A DNA stretch of 64,000 bases. Source: a virus (Duplodnaviria > Caudoviricetes). The notes beneath the pieces were generated by a model. The model had not been told where the DNA came from, made no database searches, and saw only the letters and a list, made by a program, of their open reading frames with translations. Where the stretch lies: IMG/VR virus record IMGVR_UViG_3300028805_000078, positions 32,001-96,000 of that record, one strand, 5' to 3'. Position numbers and translations under genes: made by a program. Of the stretch, positions 40,128 through 49,065 are shown piece by piece; position 1 is the first letter of the stretch; every line of letters starts with the position of its first letter.

Positions 40128-41792
40128 ATGAGGGTTATACGAGCCATTCCAACTCAAGTTATCCCGTTAGGACGGCTTGGGGAAAACGAATGCACTCAAA
40201 TACTTTTTGATATCAGCGGCTGGCTGGAGGAATACCCGTCAGCCGCAATAGGATTATATAACTTGCGCCCCGGTGATACAGAATCGTATCCTGTGGGCGC
40301 GCTTACAACGAGCGATGGTTCAGCCGTTTGGACCGTCAAGAGTTCTGATCTTTCCGCAGTCGGCAAAGGCCGCTGTGAACTTGTCGCTATCGAAGATAAT
40401 GTTATCGTTAAGAGCGCGATATACACTACGCAAGTTGCAGAAGCTCTTGATGGAAGCGGCGAGGTTCCTGAGCCTTGGGAAGACTGGAAAGAAGAATTCA
40501 TAGAGATAAAAGACGATGTTGAAGCCGCGGCTTCGGCTGCGCAAGATGCCTCTGAAGCTATTCAGAATATGGGTGTTGAGGCAGGTACACTTCCCCCATC
40601 GTCTCCTGCAACCGTAACAAAAAATGTTGATCCCGAAACAGGAGAGGTCACTCTTTCCTTCGGTATTCCGCAAGGTGTAAAAGGTGATCAGGGCGATAAA
40701 GGCGATCGAGGTTATTGTCCTACAGCTACTGTGACGAAGAACGGAAAGGCCGCTACGATTTCGCTGACTGATATTGACGGAACTACAACTGCTACTATTA
40801 CGGATGGCAATGACGGCTTTACGCCTATCGCTAATGTAGTGCAGAACGTTGACGGTGCAAAGATTACGATAACCGATGTAAACGGCACAACATTTGCAAC
40901 TGTTTATGACGGCGAAGATGGATATAGTCCTTCTGCAGCCGTTCTAAAGAAAGATTACGGCGCACGGATTTCGATTACTGATAAAGACGGCACTACTTTT
41001 ACCGATGTTTATAACGGCGAAACAGGAAACGGTATTGTGTCCGCTGTGCTCAACAATAATTATACATTGACGCTGACGTTTTCGGATGGAAGTTATACAA
41101 CTGTCGGACCTATTCGCGGCGAAAAGGGCGTAGGTATTACGTCTATTGAGAAGACAGGTACAAGCGGACTCGTAGATACTTACACGATCACGTTTGATGA
41201 TGGATCTACTACAACGTTTAATGTAACGAATGGTGAATCGGTTGAGTTCCACATTTGTACGAGTTCCGAATATGATGAAACTACAAGGATTCCTACTGTT
41301 CAGAATCCGAGTACTAAGACATTTTATCTTGTGCCGGCTGAAGACGGATCTTCTCCTGATTTGTTTGTTGAGTGGATATGGACTGGAACTGCGTGGGAAA
41401 TGTTTGGAAGTGCTACGATTGAAATACCGGTTCAGGATGTACAGGTAAACAATGTAAGTGTTGTAGATGCAAATGGAGTTGCAAAGATACCAGTGGCAGG
41501 GGCTTCGCTTGGTGCAGTTATAGTGCAAGGCTATGGGATTGGTATTAACTCCTCTGGAAGGATTTATGTATCTGGTGCGTCAAGTGCGAATATTAAAAGT
41601 GGTTCATCAGATTATGCACCAATTTCTCCGAATAAACAGCACGAATCTGTTTTCTATGGCCTAACCAAGGCCGCAGGTGTTGATATGGCCTCAAGCGCGA
41701 ATGCCGTCGGAACTTACACCGAAGAAGCCAAGGCCGCCATTAAGTCTATGCTTGGCGTGCAAGATGGATTAAAGGTGGTGAGGTTGATATGA
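40128..41792 (+). CDS. BppU-like baseplate/fibre protein with collagen-like and repeat modules
   Basis: N-terminal 'LGRLGENE...I.FD...W.V...DL...GKGRCEL'; G-X-X stretch GVKGDQGDKGDRG; 'G.SP.A.V.....A.I.ITD..GTT' repeats. Confidence 0.7.
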   Translation: MRVIRAIPTQVIPLGRLGENECTQILFDISGWLEEYPSAAIGLYNLRPGDTESYPVGALTTSDGSAVWTVKSSDLSAVGKGRCELVAIEDNVIVKSAIYTTQVAEALDGSGEVPEPWEDWKEEFIEIKDDVEAAASAAQDASEAIQNMGVEAGTLPPSSPATVTKNVDPETGEVTLSFGIPQGVKGDQGDKGDRGYCPTATVTKNGKAATISLTDIDGTTTATITDGNDGFTPIANVVQNVDGAKITITDVNGTTFATVYDGEDGYSPSAAVLKKDYGARISITDKDGTTFTDVYNGETGNGIVSAVLNNNYTLTLTFSDGSYTTVGPIRGEKGVGITSIEKTGTSGLVDTYTITFDDGSTTTFNVTNGESVEFHICTSSEYDETTRIPTVQNPSTKTFYLVPAEDGSSPDLFVEWIWTGTAWEMFGSATIEIPVQDVQVNNVSVVDANGVAKIPVAGASLGAVIVQGYGIGINSSGRIYVSGASSANIKSGSSDYAPISPNKQHESVFYGLTKAAGVDMASSANAVGTYTEEAKAAIKSMLGVQDGLKVVRLI

Positions 41793-42211
41793 TGTATTTG
41801 GGAGATAAGGCGGTGGGATTAAATAGTTTCATCTCCAAAAATATTCCTATTAAATGGGATATTGTTGAATATACACCAACTTCTAGTTCTGGTTGGCAAA
41901 CAGCATATCATTCTCTTGGAATTACGCCAGATATTTTTATGGTAGTTCCAGATACTTTTGATAAATCTATTACTGGGCAAGCTAATCCAGTAATGATATT
42001 TGGCACTAATGGTGTAGATAGCTCTGGTAAACAACGAGCAGTATTAAATTATTTAAATGCGTCAAATAATTGGGATTATACTGCGAATATTGTTAATATT
42101 TATTGTGAAAAGGATAATGAAAAAGTGCGATTTTATACAGCCGGTAATTTGTTATCTACTGAAAAGAAGTATTATTTTATTATTATTGCATTTAAAGGAG
42201 GTGACACCTAA
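41789..42211 (+). CDS. Tail fibre-associated protein
   Basis: 'MYLGDKAVG..H.LG.TPD' pattern, AT-rich, overlapping junctions. Confidence 0.55.
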   Translation: MMYLGDKAVGLNSFISKNIPIKWDIVEYTPTSSSGWQTAYHSLGITPDIFMVVPDTFDKSITGQANPVMIFGTNGVDSSGKQRAVLNYLNASNNWDYTANIVNIYCEKDNEKVRFYTAGNLLSTEKKYYFIIIAFKGGDT

Positions 42212-43473
42212 TGCCTAATTCAAAACAAATAGTTTACTTATCTCAGGCGCAATACGCCGAACTTATCGCGAACGGCACCATAACCGTTGATGGTGTCACC
42301 GTTACATACGATGAAAATGACATATATGTTACGCCGCAAGCGGAACCAGTGACGGATGTGAGGGTTAATGGCGCGAGCATTACAAATAGTGGAGTCGCAA
42401 ATATCCCTAAAGCAAGTTTAACAGATTTAGGAGTTATTAAAGTTAATAGTTCATATGGTTTATCTATGCGTAGTGATGGTGGAATACAACTATATACTGC
42501 CCCGTCATCTGATATAAAGCGAGCTAATGGAGATAATCGTGCTATTTCACCATATCATCAACATGAATCCGTTTATTACGGATTGTCAAAACTTGCAGGT
42601 GTTGACCTCGCCAACGAGTCCGTTACTTTCGGCGCCTATCCTGATGCATCTAAGGCCGCAATCCAGCACATGCTCGGCACCGATACCATAATTGCTCCAA
42701 ACGAAACTGACCCCTTTACTTCTGCTCACGCAATAGGTGAATTATTTACTATGAATGGCAAACTCTATCGCGCGAAAACTGCTATTGCGGTCGCGGATGC
42801 GGTGAATGTGGGGACGAATTGTGAGGAAGTAAGCGTTGCCGGGGCAGTGCCGCATGATGTACAGGTTAATGGGGTTAGTGTTGTTAGTAATGGAGTGGCG
42901 AATGTACCAATAGCAGATACAAATGTTAGTGGTACAGTTAGAATCATAAGTACATATGGTATAGGTCGTTTTAATAATGATGGATTGATGTATGTTGTGA
43001 CATCTTCCTCATCTATGAATAAATCTGGTTCGAATACTTATAGACCTATAACTCCATCTAATCAACATGAAGCTGCTTTCTACGGCCTAGCCAAGGCCGC
43101 CGGTGATACCACACAATCTTCTTCTTCAAACGCTGTAGGCACTTATACCGACAATGCTAAAGCCTCGATAAAGAGCATGCTCGGCATAGTAGATGGCTCA
43201 ACCTCTACCGTATCCGTAACCGGTACCACCCCCTCTATCGCAGCAGTAGAAAATACACGCTATACCTGCGGCGAAGTAAGCACTTTAACTATTACTCCTC
43301 CAGCAAGCGGTATCTGCATCGTGCGATTCACGTCTGGCACAACTCCTACAGTCCTAACCGCAACTGGTGTTGTATGGCCCGCATGGTTTGATGCAACCGA
43401 TTTGGAAGCTGACACAGTTTATGAAATCTGCATAACTGATGGTTATGGGGCGGTGATGTCATGGGCACTGTAA
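42211..43473 (+). CDS. Modular fibre protein with duplicated module
   Basis: Two 'DV.VNG.S....GVAN.P...QHE...YGL.K.AG...MLG' modules; a third copy ends the 40128 gene. Confidence 0.6.
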   Translation: MPNSKQIVYLSQAQYAELIANGTITVDGVTVTYDENDIYVTPQAEPVTDVRVNGASITNSGVANIPKASLTDLGVIKVNSSYGLSMRSDGGIQLYTAPSSDIKRANGDNRAISPYHQHESVYYGLSKLAGVDLANESVTFGAYPDASKAAIQHMLGTDTIIAPNETDPFTSAHAIGELFTMNGKLYRAKTAIAVADAVNVGTNCEEVSVAGAVPHDVQVNGVSVVSNGVANVPIADTNVSGTVRIISTYGIGRFNNDGLMYVVTSSSSMNKSGSNTYRPITPSNQHEAAFYGLAKAAGDTTQSSSSNAVGTYTDNAKASIKSMLGIVDGSTSTVSVTGTTPSIAAVENTRYTCGEVSTLTITPPASGICIVRFTSGTTPTVLTATGVVWPAWFDATDLEADTVYEICITDGYGAVMSWAL

Positions 43474-46019
43474 AATATAGCGGGCCTGTGGCATCATTCC
43501 ACTGCCCGACCGAAGCAACTATTAGGAGTTTGAAGGTTCACTTTAGCCCGAAGCAGGAAGGTAGTGGCGATCCATCGCCTTTGAATGTTAGGGCTATTAG
43601 TGGATGGACAGGTGTTGAAGTATATAGAAGCGGGAAGAATTTAGTTAACATTTCTAATGATAATATCATTTATCAGAATTTTTCTAAAATGACTGATGGT
43701 TCATACTATCAAATAAGTGGAAATATCGTAACTTTATACAATCAAAATGCGAAAAGCTTGATGGTTTGTTTTGCTGTTATGCCTATTACATCACAGATGG
43801 TTGGCATATCGTTTACACTTAATGCAAATGCTACTGGCGATGGTGATTATGGTATTTTTCTTAGCGATTTAGATGGTAGCAATCGAACTTCTAATAAGGC
43901 AAATCCATATACAATTGCTTCTGGTGATGTTGGAAAGTTAATTGGCGCGAGAGTTCGTATGAATGGTGTATCTGGAACATATACTGTTTCGAACATTCAA
44001 TTTGAACTGGGTTCTGCCGTAACCGATTACGAACCTTATCAGCGGAGCACTTATCCCATCACTTTCCCGATTTTGGGGAAGAATAAGTTTGATAAAGATA
44101 ATGCTGTAATTTTGAATGGCTATCCAAATTCAACTACCATTGATTCTTCACCTTATAGTAAATGTATTTGTGTCCAAGTGTTGCCGAATACTACTTATAC
44201 CGTCTCAAAAATGCAATCTGCGCGATTTGCTATAGCATTGTGTAGTGAAACTACGCCATTCGTAGGTTCAACTATAAGTGGTTTAGTTGCAAATCATACT
44301 TATACTGGTATGACAAAAATCACGAACAGTGACACTAAATGGTTAATTGTGTGGCTATATGCTTCAAATTATGATACGGATTCATTGGAAACAATTTTGG
44401 CATCTGTTCAAGTAGAACTAGGTAACACTGCAACAACATATGAGCCCTACAACCCCAACAACACCGTTTATGGTGGATGGGTGGATTTGATTACGGGGGA
44501 AGTGGTGTCAACATATGCTCATTGTAAAATTAAAGATTTGCCAGGTGAATGGAACTATCGTTCTAGTAATTTAAGATTTCAAATTCAATTAACTGAAAAT
44601 TATATGAAAAATAATAGTGGTTGGACGAACTGCGCTATTTCAGAAAAATATAAGACTTCTACATCACAAGGCTATGGCAACAAGCAAATTGCAACTTACA
44701 TTAATAGGCATATTTACATTCGTGATGATGATTTTGAGGGCAACCTTGAAGCATTTTTAACTGGAGTAGGAGATTCTTATATTTCTTATGAACTTGCTAC
44801 GCCTACTTATTACTCCCTCGCCCCCACTCAACTCCAAACCTTCCTCGGTCAAAATAACGTATGGTCTAACGCGGACTATGTAGAAGTTGAATACGATTTG
44901 CATGAAACGCAAACTTTATTGCAGAGGAAAGCCTTCATCATGGCGAATCAGCCTCATATCGCAAGTGCTTCGGGTGCAATTGCCTCATTTAATACGGACT
45001 TGCTGGCGCCATTAAAGAGCGCGAAGTTTGAATTTTTGCCTGTGCAGGAAGGCAGCGGCGATCCAAGTCCTACGAATGTTAGACCGATAAGCGGATGGAC
45101 GGGATGCGAAGTGTATCGTGGGTATGAGTATCTTTCCAATGTTCAAATAACAATAGGTAAGACATTAAACGCATCGGGCTTAGAAACAACCGAAGGCGGT
45201 ATGGCTGTAACGGATTATATTCCAGTTGAAGTTGGGCATACATATACGCTTAAATTCACAAGTACGACAGCAGGACGTACGCGGCGTATTTTTGGCTACT
45301 CGGCTTCAAAAGAACCTACAAGTCAACTGGCATCTGTTAGTTGGGCAACAGTTGGTAATACTTTTTCAATGAATGCAGAAATACCTTCTGATACTTCGTA
45401 CATTCGTGCTTGTTATTATAACAATGATATTGACAAAACGCTGATTGAGCCATCTACTGTTACCACATTCCCCATCGACTGGACAACAGAAGCAGGCACA
45501 ATTTATGGTGGGTATGTGGATTTGGTGAGTGGGGAAGTTGTGGCTGAATGGTATAAAGTCGTTGCGGATGGTGTGAATGTAAAAGCTAATAGTAGCTATA
45601 TGACGGATAATTATATTGCTGCTGGTATTGTATATTTAAATCCCAATGGGATGTCATCTACTACGGCAAAATATGCTAATAATGTATTATGCAACATAAT
45701 GCCTGTCTACTCTCAATACTATTTAAATAATCATCGAGACGAAGTTTCTTATCCATATGCAAGTGCAACACAGGCGGGTCAACAATACATTGTTTTTCAT
45801 TTAGCAAATCGAGCTGATTATCCAGAAGTCACCGATGCAACTAGTTGTAAAAACTTTGTTAATGCTTGGCTGCAAGAACATCCAGCAACTTTGGTTTATG
45901 AACTTAGAACACCAATAACTTACCAGATTGACCCGACTATCCTCAAAACCCTTCACGGCACCAACAACATTTGGTCCAACGCGAACGACAACACAACAGT
46001 ACAATACTACAAACATTAG
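43461..46019 (+). CDS. Modular fibre/receptor-binding protein with internal duplication
   Basis: Two 'QEGSGDPSP.NVR.ISGWTG.EVYR...YGG.VDL..GEVV...YEL.TP...NN.WSNA' units. Confidence 0.6.
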   Translation: MGTVKYSGPVASFHCPTEATIRSLKVHFSPKQEGSGDPSPLNVRAISGWTGVEVYRSGKNLVNISNDNIIYQNFSKMTDGSYYQISGNIVTLYNQNAKSLMVCFAVMPITSQMVGISFTLNANATGDGDYGIFLSDLDGSNRTSNKANPYTIASGDVGKLIGARVRMNGVSGTYTVSNIQFELGSAVTDYEPYQRSTYPITFPILGKNKFDKDNAVILNGYPNSTTIDSSPYSKCICVQVLPNTTYTVSKMQSARFAIALCSETTPFVGSTISGLVANHTYTGMTKITNSDTKWLIVWLYASNYDTDSLETILASVQVELGNTATTYEPYNPNNTVYGGWVDLITGEVVSTYAHCKIKDLPGEWNYRSSNLRFQIQLTENYMKNNSGWTNCAISEKYKTSTSQGYGNKQIATYINRHIYIRDDDFEGNLEAFLTGVGDSYISYELATPTYYSLAPTQLQTFLGQNNVWSNADYVEVEYDLHETQTLLQRKAFIMANQPHIASASGAIASFNTDLLAPLKSAKFEFLPVQEGSGDPSPTNVRPISGWTGCEVYRGYEYLSNVQITIGKTLNASGLETTEGGMAVTDYIPVEVGHTYTLKFTSTTAGRTRRIFGYSASKEPTSQLASVSWATVGNTFSMNAEIPSDTSYIRACYYNNDIDKTLIEPSTVTTFPIDWTTEAGTIYGGYVDLVSGEVVAEWYKVVADGVNVKANSSYMTDNYIAAGIVYLNPNGMSSTTAKYANNVLCNIMPVYSQYYLNNHRDEVSYPYASATQAGQQYIVFHLANRADYPEVTDATSCKNFVNAWLQEHPATLVYELRTPITYQIDPTILKTLHGTNNIWSNANDNTTVQYYKH

Positions 46020-46031
46020 GAGGACAAAACT

Positions 46032-46373
46032 ATGTCTAGGAATCTTTTTATCGTAAACGCAACTCAGGTAGTTATTAGTGAAACTCATCCTGAGGGCATC
46101 TATTCTGTGATGCCTAATTTTCCAATGACCTTTGATTCTATCAATTACGAAGACAATACTGAAAAGGCGCTGAATGCCGCGAAAGCCGCATACTACAATC
46201 GTCTCGCGGCGAACTATACCGGTTCTGAATCCCGTGTAATGTCTGTCATTACTCTCGAACAGGCTGATGGCCGCCAGATTATGCGTGATAGCATTGGCGC
46301 GTTTCCTGTGATGCCAGAGCCCGAACCCGAACCGCAGCCCGAACCCGAACCGAATGAGGAACAGGGCGAATAA
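46032..46373 (+). CDS. Hypothetical protein with C-terminal PEPEPEPQPEPEP repeat
   Basis: AGGAGG RBS, 113 aa. Confidence 0.65.
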   Translation: MSRNLFIVNATQVVISETHPEGIYSVMPNFPMTFDSINYEDNTEKALNAAKAAYYNRLAANYTGSESRVMSVITLEQADGRQIMRDSIGAFPVMPEPEPEPQPEPEPNEEQGE

Positions 46374-46400
46374 CGTTTGTTAAGTTTTAATTATTCAAAA

Positions 46401-46430
46401 ATGTAATCATTCACTAATGACCTATAAGGG
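46401..46430 (+). promoter_or_regulatory. 30-bp promoter-like motif, copy 3 (ATGTAATCATTCACTAATGACCTATAAGGG)
   Basis: Followed at once by a GGAGGAAGAGG/CCTCTTCCTCC hairpin. Confidence 0.75.
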
Positions 46431-46498
46431 GAGGAAGAGGAGGGATCCACCTCTTCCTCCTACGATTAATTATATGTTAAGAAAGGTAGGTGTTCGTC

Positions 46499-46807
46499 AT
46501 GCTGATTATCAAGAAACTTTCTAAGATGATTAAAGAAGAGATATCCGACGCGGCTAAGTATGCACAATGTGCCTTGAATCATAAAGAAGAAGACAGAAAT
46601 CTCGCTGATACATTTTATACTTTAGCAAACGAAGAATTGAATCATATGGAAATGCTTCATTCTCAGGTAGTTCGTATTATCAATGCATATCGAAAAGAAA
46701 AAGGCGAAGTTCCTGCTGCAATGCAGGCTTTATATGACTATGTACACGAAGAACAAATTGAAGAAGTAAAGGAAGTAAAGTTGCTTCTGACTATGTATAA
46801 GGAGTAA
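46499..46807 (+). CDS. Ferritin-like four-helix protein
   Basis: 'EEISDAAKY...LA..FYTLANEELNH...' with E / ExxH ligand pattern. Confidence 0.6.
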   Translation: MLIIKKLSKMIKEEISDAAKYAQCALNHKEEDRNLADTFYTLANEELNHMEMLHSQVVRIINAYRKEKGEVPAAMQALYDYVHEEQIEEVKEVKLLLTMYKE

Positions 46808-46810
46808 TAC

Positions 46811-47269
46811 ATGATGACATCTTATCCTTTTAATACGTACACGTCTGCAATGTATAATGTTCCTAATTTTCAAAATACGATGTTTCAGCCGCCTGTATCT
46901 CAGGCTCCTCGTATGGAAATCCCTCGTGTAAGCGGTAAAGACAGTATTCTGTCTTACCCTATGGGTCCTGATTCTTCTGCTATTTTTGTAAGTTCAGATC
47001 CTAATAGTGATCTTGGTTGGATTGTAACAACTGATTCAGCTGCTTATAAAACTATCGTTCCTTGTCATATCGTTCCGGATATTGAAGAACAGCCAATTAA
47101 AGCATCTGATCTCGAAGCAAAGTTCGCGCAGATCGAATCGAGATTTAATAGTATAGAAGAAAGGATGAATGCGGATGGGCAACATGGTAACAAATTTGCT
47201 GAACAAAATGGCAAATCAAACAATGTGTCAAACAATGTGGGGAACAACGCAGGCAAGTCCGCTAAATGA
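46811..47269 (+). CDS. Hypothetical protein
   Basis: AAGGAG RBS; 'RVSG.......MGPDSS.......W...TD.A.YKT' followed by coiled coil. Confidence 0.6.
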   Translation: MMTSYPFNTYTSAMYNVPNFQNTMFQPPVSQAPRMEIPRVSGKDSILSYPMGPDSSAIFVSSDPNSDLGWIVTTDSAAYKTIVPCHIVPDIEEQPIKASDLEAKFAQIESRFNSIEERMNADGQHGNKFAEQNGKSNNVSNNVGNNAGKSAK

Positions 47270-47477
47270 AATAGCGGCAACATTAAAAACATCAAGTAAC
47301 CCTATGGCCACAATACAACAGATGGCCTCTATGGATCCGAGAATGCAAGACATTTCTAATGTCATTCAGCAAAATGGCAGCATTCAAAACGCAGTATATG
47401 CTTTATCAAGACAAAAGGGAGTAGACCCTAATGTCGTGTTGCAGCAAGCTCGTGAGCTTGCTCAATCTTTAAGGTGA
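47169..47477 (+). CDS. Hypothetical Q/N/M-rich helical protein
   Basis: 'NPMA..QQMA..DPRMQ....IQQNG...A.Y.L..QKGVD'; start uncertain. Confidence 0.6.
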   Translation: MRMGNMVTNLLNKMANQTMCQTMWGTTQASPLNEIAATLKTSSNPMATIQQMASMDPRMQDISNVIQQNGSIQNAVYALSRQKGVDPNVVLQQARELAQSLR

Positions 47478-47548
47478 TGATTATCCGATGATTATCCATT
47501 CCGCGCGTGGTTGATCATATATATAAAATTGTAAAGGGGATCAATTGC

Positions 47549-48133
47549 ATGGACGGAAATTTAACTACTGGCGATCTCGCTCTTATGCGTGACAACGATG
47601 GGTTCGGTGGCAACAATTCCTTTATGTGGATTTTCGCTTTGCTTATTCTGATGTATGGCGGCGGAAACTTCGGTTTCGGTAACCGCGGGCCTATCGGTCC
47701 TGCGCCCGCTACTCAGGATCAGGTAAACCAGGGCTTCACGAACCAGCAGCTTCAGGGTATTGCTCTTTCTTCGGCTAACAACAATTATGAAACCGCACAG
47801 TTGATTAATGAGCAGACAAATACCCTTATGCAGCAGAACAACTCCAATCTGATTAATGCCATTCAGGGTTTTAATCAGGTCAATCTGACAATCCAAAACC
47901 AAACGAACGTTCTTGCTCAGCAGCTTCAGGCCCTTCAGGCTAAGATGGATAGCTGCTGCTGTGAAATTAAGACACAGATGCTTCAGAACAGGCTTGATGA
48001 TGCGCAGGCTCAGAAGGTTGCGCTCGAAGGTCAGGTTAGCAACTACAACCAGTCTCAGTATATCCTCGGTCAAATGGGTCGTTGGGTAGGCTGGGCGACA
48101 AGCGGTTCTCAGGCCGCTACTGCCGGAGCTTAA
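47549..48133 (+). CDS. Membrane-anchored Gly/Asn/Gln-rich coiled-coil protein with CCC motif
   Basis: 'GFGGNN..WIFALLILM.GGGNFGFG' hydrophobic stretch; 'LQAKMDSCCCEIK'; high-expression codon bias. Confidence 0.7.
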   Translation: MDGNLTTGDLALMRDNDGFGGNNSFMWIFALLILMYGGGNFGFGNRGPIGPAPATQDQVNQGFTNQQLQGIALSSANNNYETAQLINEQTNTLMQQNNSNLINAIQGFNQVNLTIQNQTNVLAQQLQALQAKMDSCCCEIKTQMLQNRLDDAQAQKVALEGQVSNYNQSQYILGQMGRWVGWATSGSQAATAGA

Positions 48134-48203
48134 ACTGCAATAAATGAAGTAACGGCAGCGCGGGCCGTTACTTACATTTGATAGCAGCCGAAAGGTGATA
48201 CAA

Positions 48204-48503
48204 ATGAACACATACAATTGGCTTACATTGTTTGGAGTTCCGGCAATCATACTCGCGATACTATCATTCGTGTTCAATTTTCTGAACAAAAGGATCAAAG
48301 CGATAAAGCTTGGGATTCAGGCAATGTTGCGTGATCGTTTGTATCAGCTTTTTCATTATTGTAAAAAGCGTGGAACAGCGAGTGAGTATGAGCGAGAAGA
48401 TTTCGAGAACATGTATACTCAGTACCATAATCTTGGTGCTAATGGCGTAATGGACGATATTAGAACAAAGTTCCTTGCGCTTCCTATTTCCGATCTTGAT
48501 TAG
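48204..48503 (+). CDS. Holin-associated single-TM protein
   Basis: N-terminal TM, then 'G.QAMLRDRL......C.KRG......E....MY..YH.LGANG'. Confidence 0.6.
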   Translation: MNTYNWLTLFGVPAIILAILSFVFNFLNKRIKAIKLGIQAMLRDRLYQLFHYCKKRGTASEYEREDFENMYTQYHNLGANGVMDDIRTKFLALPISDLD

Positions 48504-48515
48504 AGGTAATGCAAT

Positions 48516-48788
48516 ATGATCAATTGGAAAGTAAGATTTGCCAATGAAACTTTTTGGCTTGATATTATTCCTGCTGTTCTTATTCTTATTCAGCTCGTTC
48601 TTGATCTGTTTGGAATAAAGATGGATTTTGGAAGTCTTGGCAATAAGCTCCGCGCTATTGTAAATGCCGTATTTATGTGCCTTGCCATTCTTGGTATTGT
48701 CACAGATCATACTACACACGGCATAGGAGATTCAGCTCGCGCACTTACTTACGAGACTCCTTATAAAGATATTCCTGACGTAGAATAA
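48516..48788 (+). CDS. Holin, phiLC3 family
   Basis: MINWKVRF.N..FW...IPA; 'LGIV.D.TT.G.GDS.RAL.Y..P'. Confidence 0.85.
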   Translation: MINWKVRFANETFWLDIIPAVLILIQLVLDLFGIKMDFGSLGNKLRAIVNAVFMCLAILGIVTDHTTHGIGDSARALTYETPYKDIPDVE

Positions 48789-48804
48789 TATCAATTAAAG
48801 TTTT

Positions 48805-48830
48805 AGCCCCGGATATACTGGGGCTTTTTT
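48805..48830 (+). terminator. Intrinsic terminator ending the rightward arm
   Basis: AGCCCCGG-ATATA-CTGGGGCT plus T-run. Confidence 0.85.
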
Positions 48831-48947
48831 ATTCCGTAGCAAGCTTTGTAATCTCTGACACGCTTACTTTCTATAATCGCAACAGAGAGTACAAAACTAA
48901 AAATTGCATCGGTTTAGCGTTGTTAAATCTATTGTATTATGTTTTTA

Positions 48948-48996
48948 GCAAGGTCTGCAAAACCTTCATTCCCCGGTCCGAATCCGGGTGGTACCT
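48948..48996 (+). other. Putative attP core: 3' half of tRNA-Cys(GCA)
   Basis: Anticodon arm AAGGT-CTGCAAA-ACCTT, T-arm CCCGG-TCCGAAT-CCGGG and acceptor 3' strand TGGTACC-T. No 5' half or D-arm. Lies 70 bp from the integrase stop. Confidence 0.8.
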
Positions 48997-49065
48997 TCGG
49001 AAGTTTTCCACAAAACTTCTATTAGGATTTTGTGCAGTATGACTGGCGGGTCTGCTGCACATTTT

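Noticed and set aside
46316-46352. Tandem DNA repeat near the end of 46032..46373
   Set aside because: It simply encodes a Pro-Glu linker.
48948-48996. Functional tRNA-Cys gene
   Set aside because: The 5' acceptor strand and D-arm are absent upstream, so it is interpreted as an attP core.
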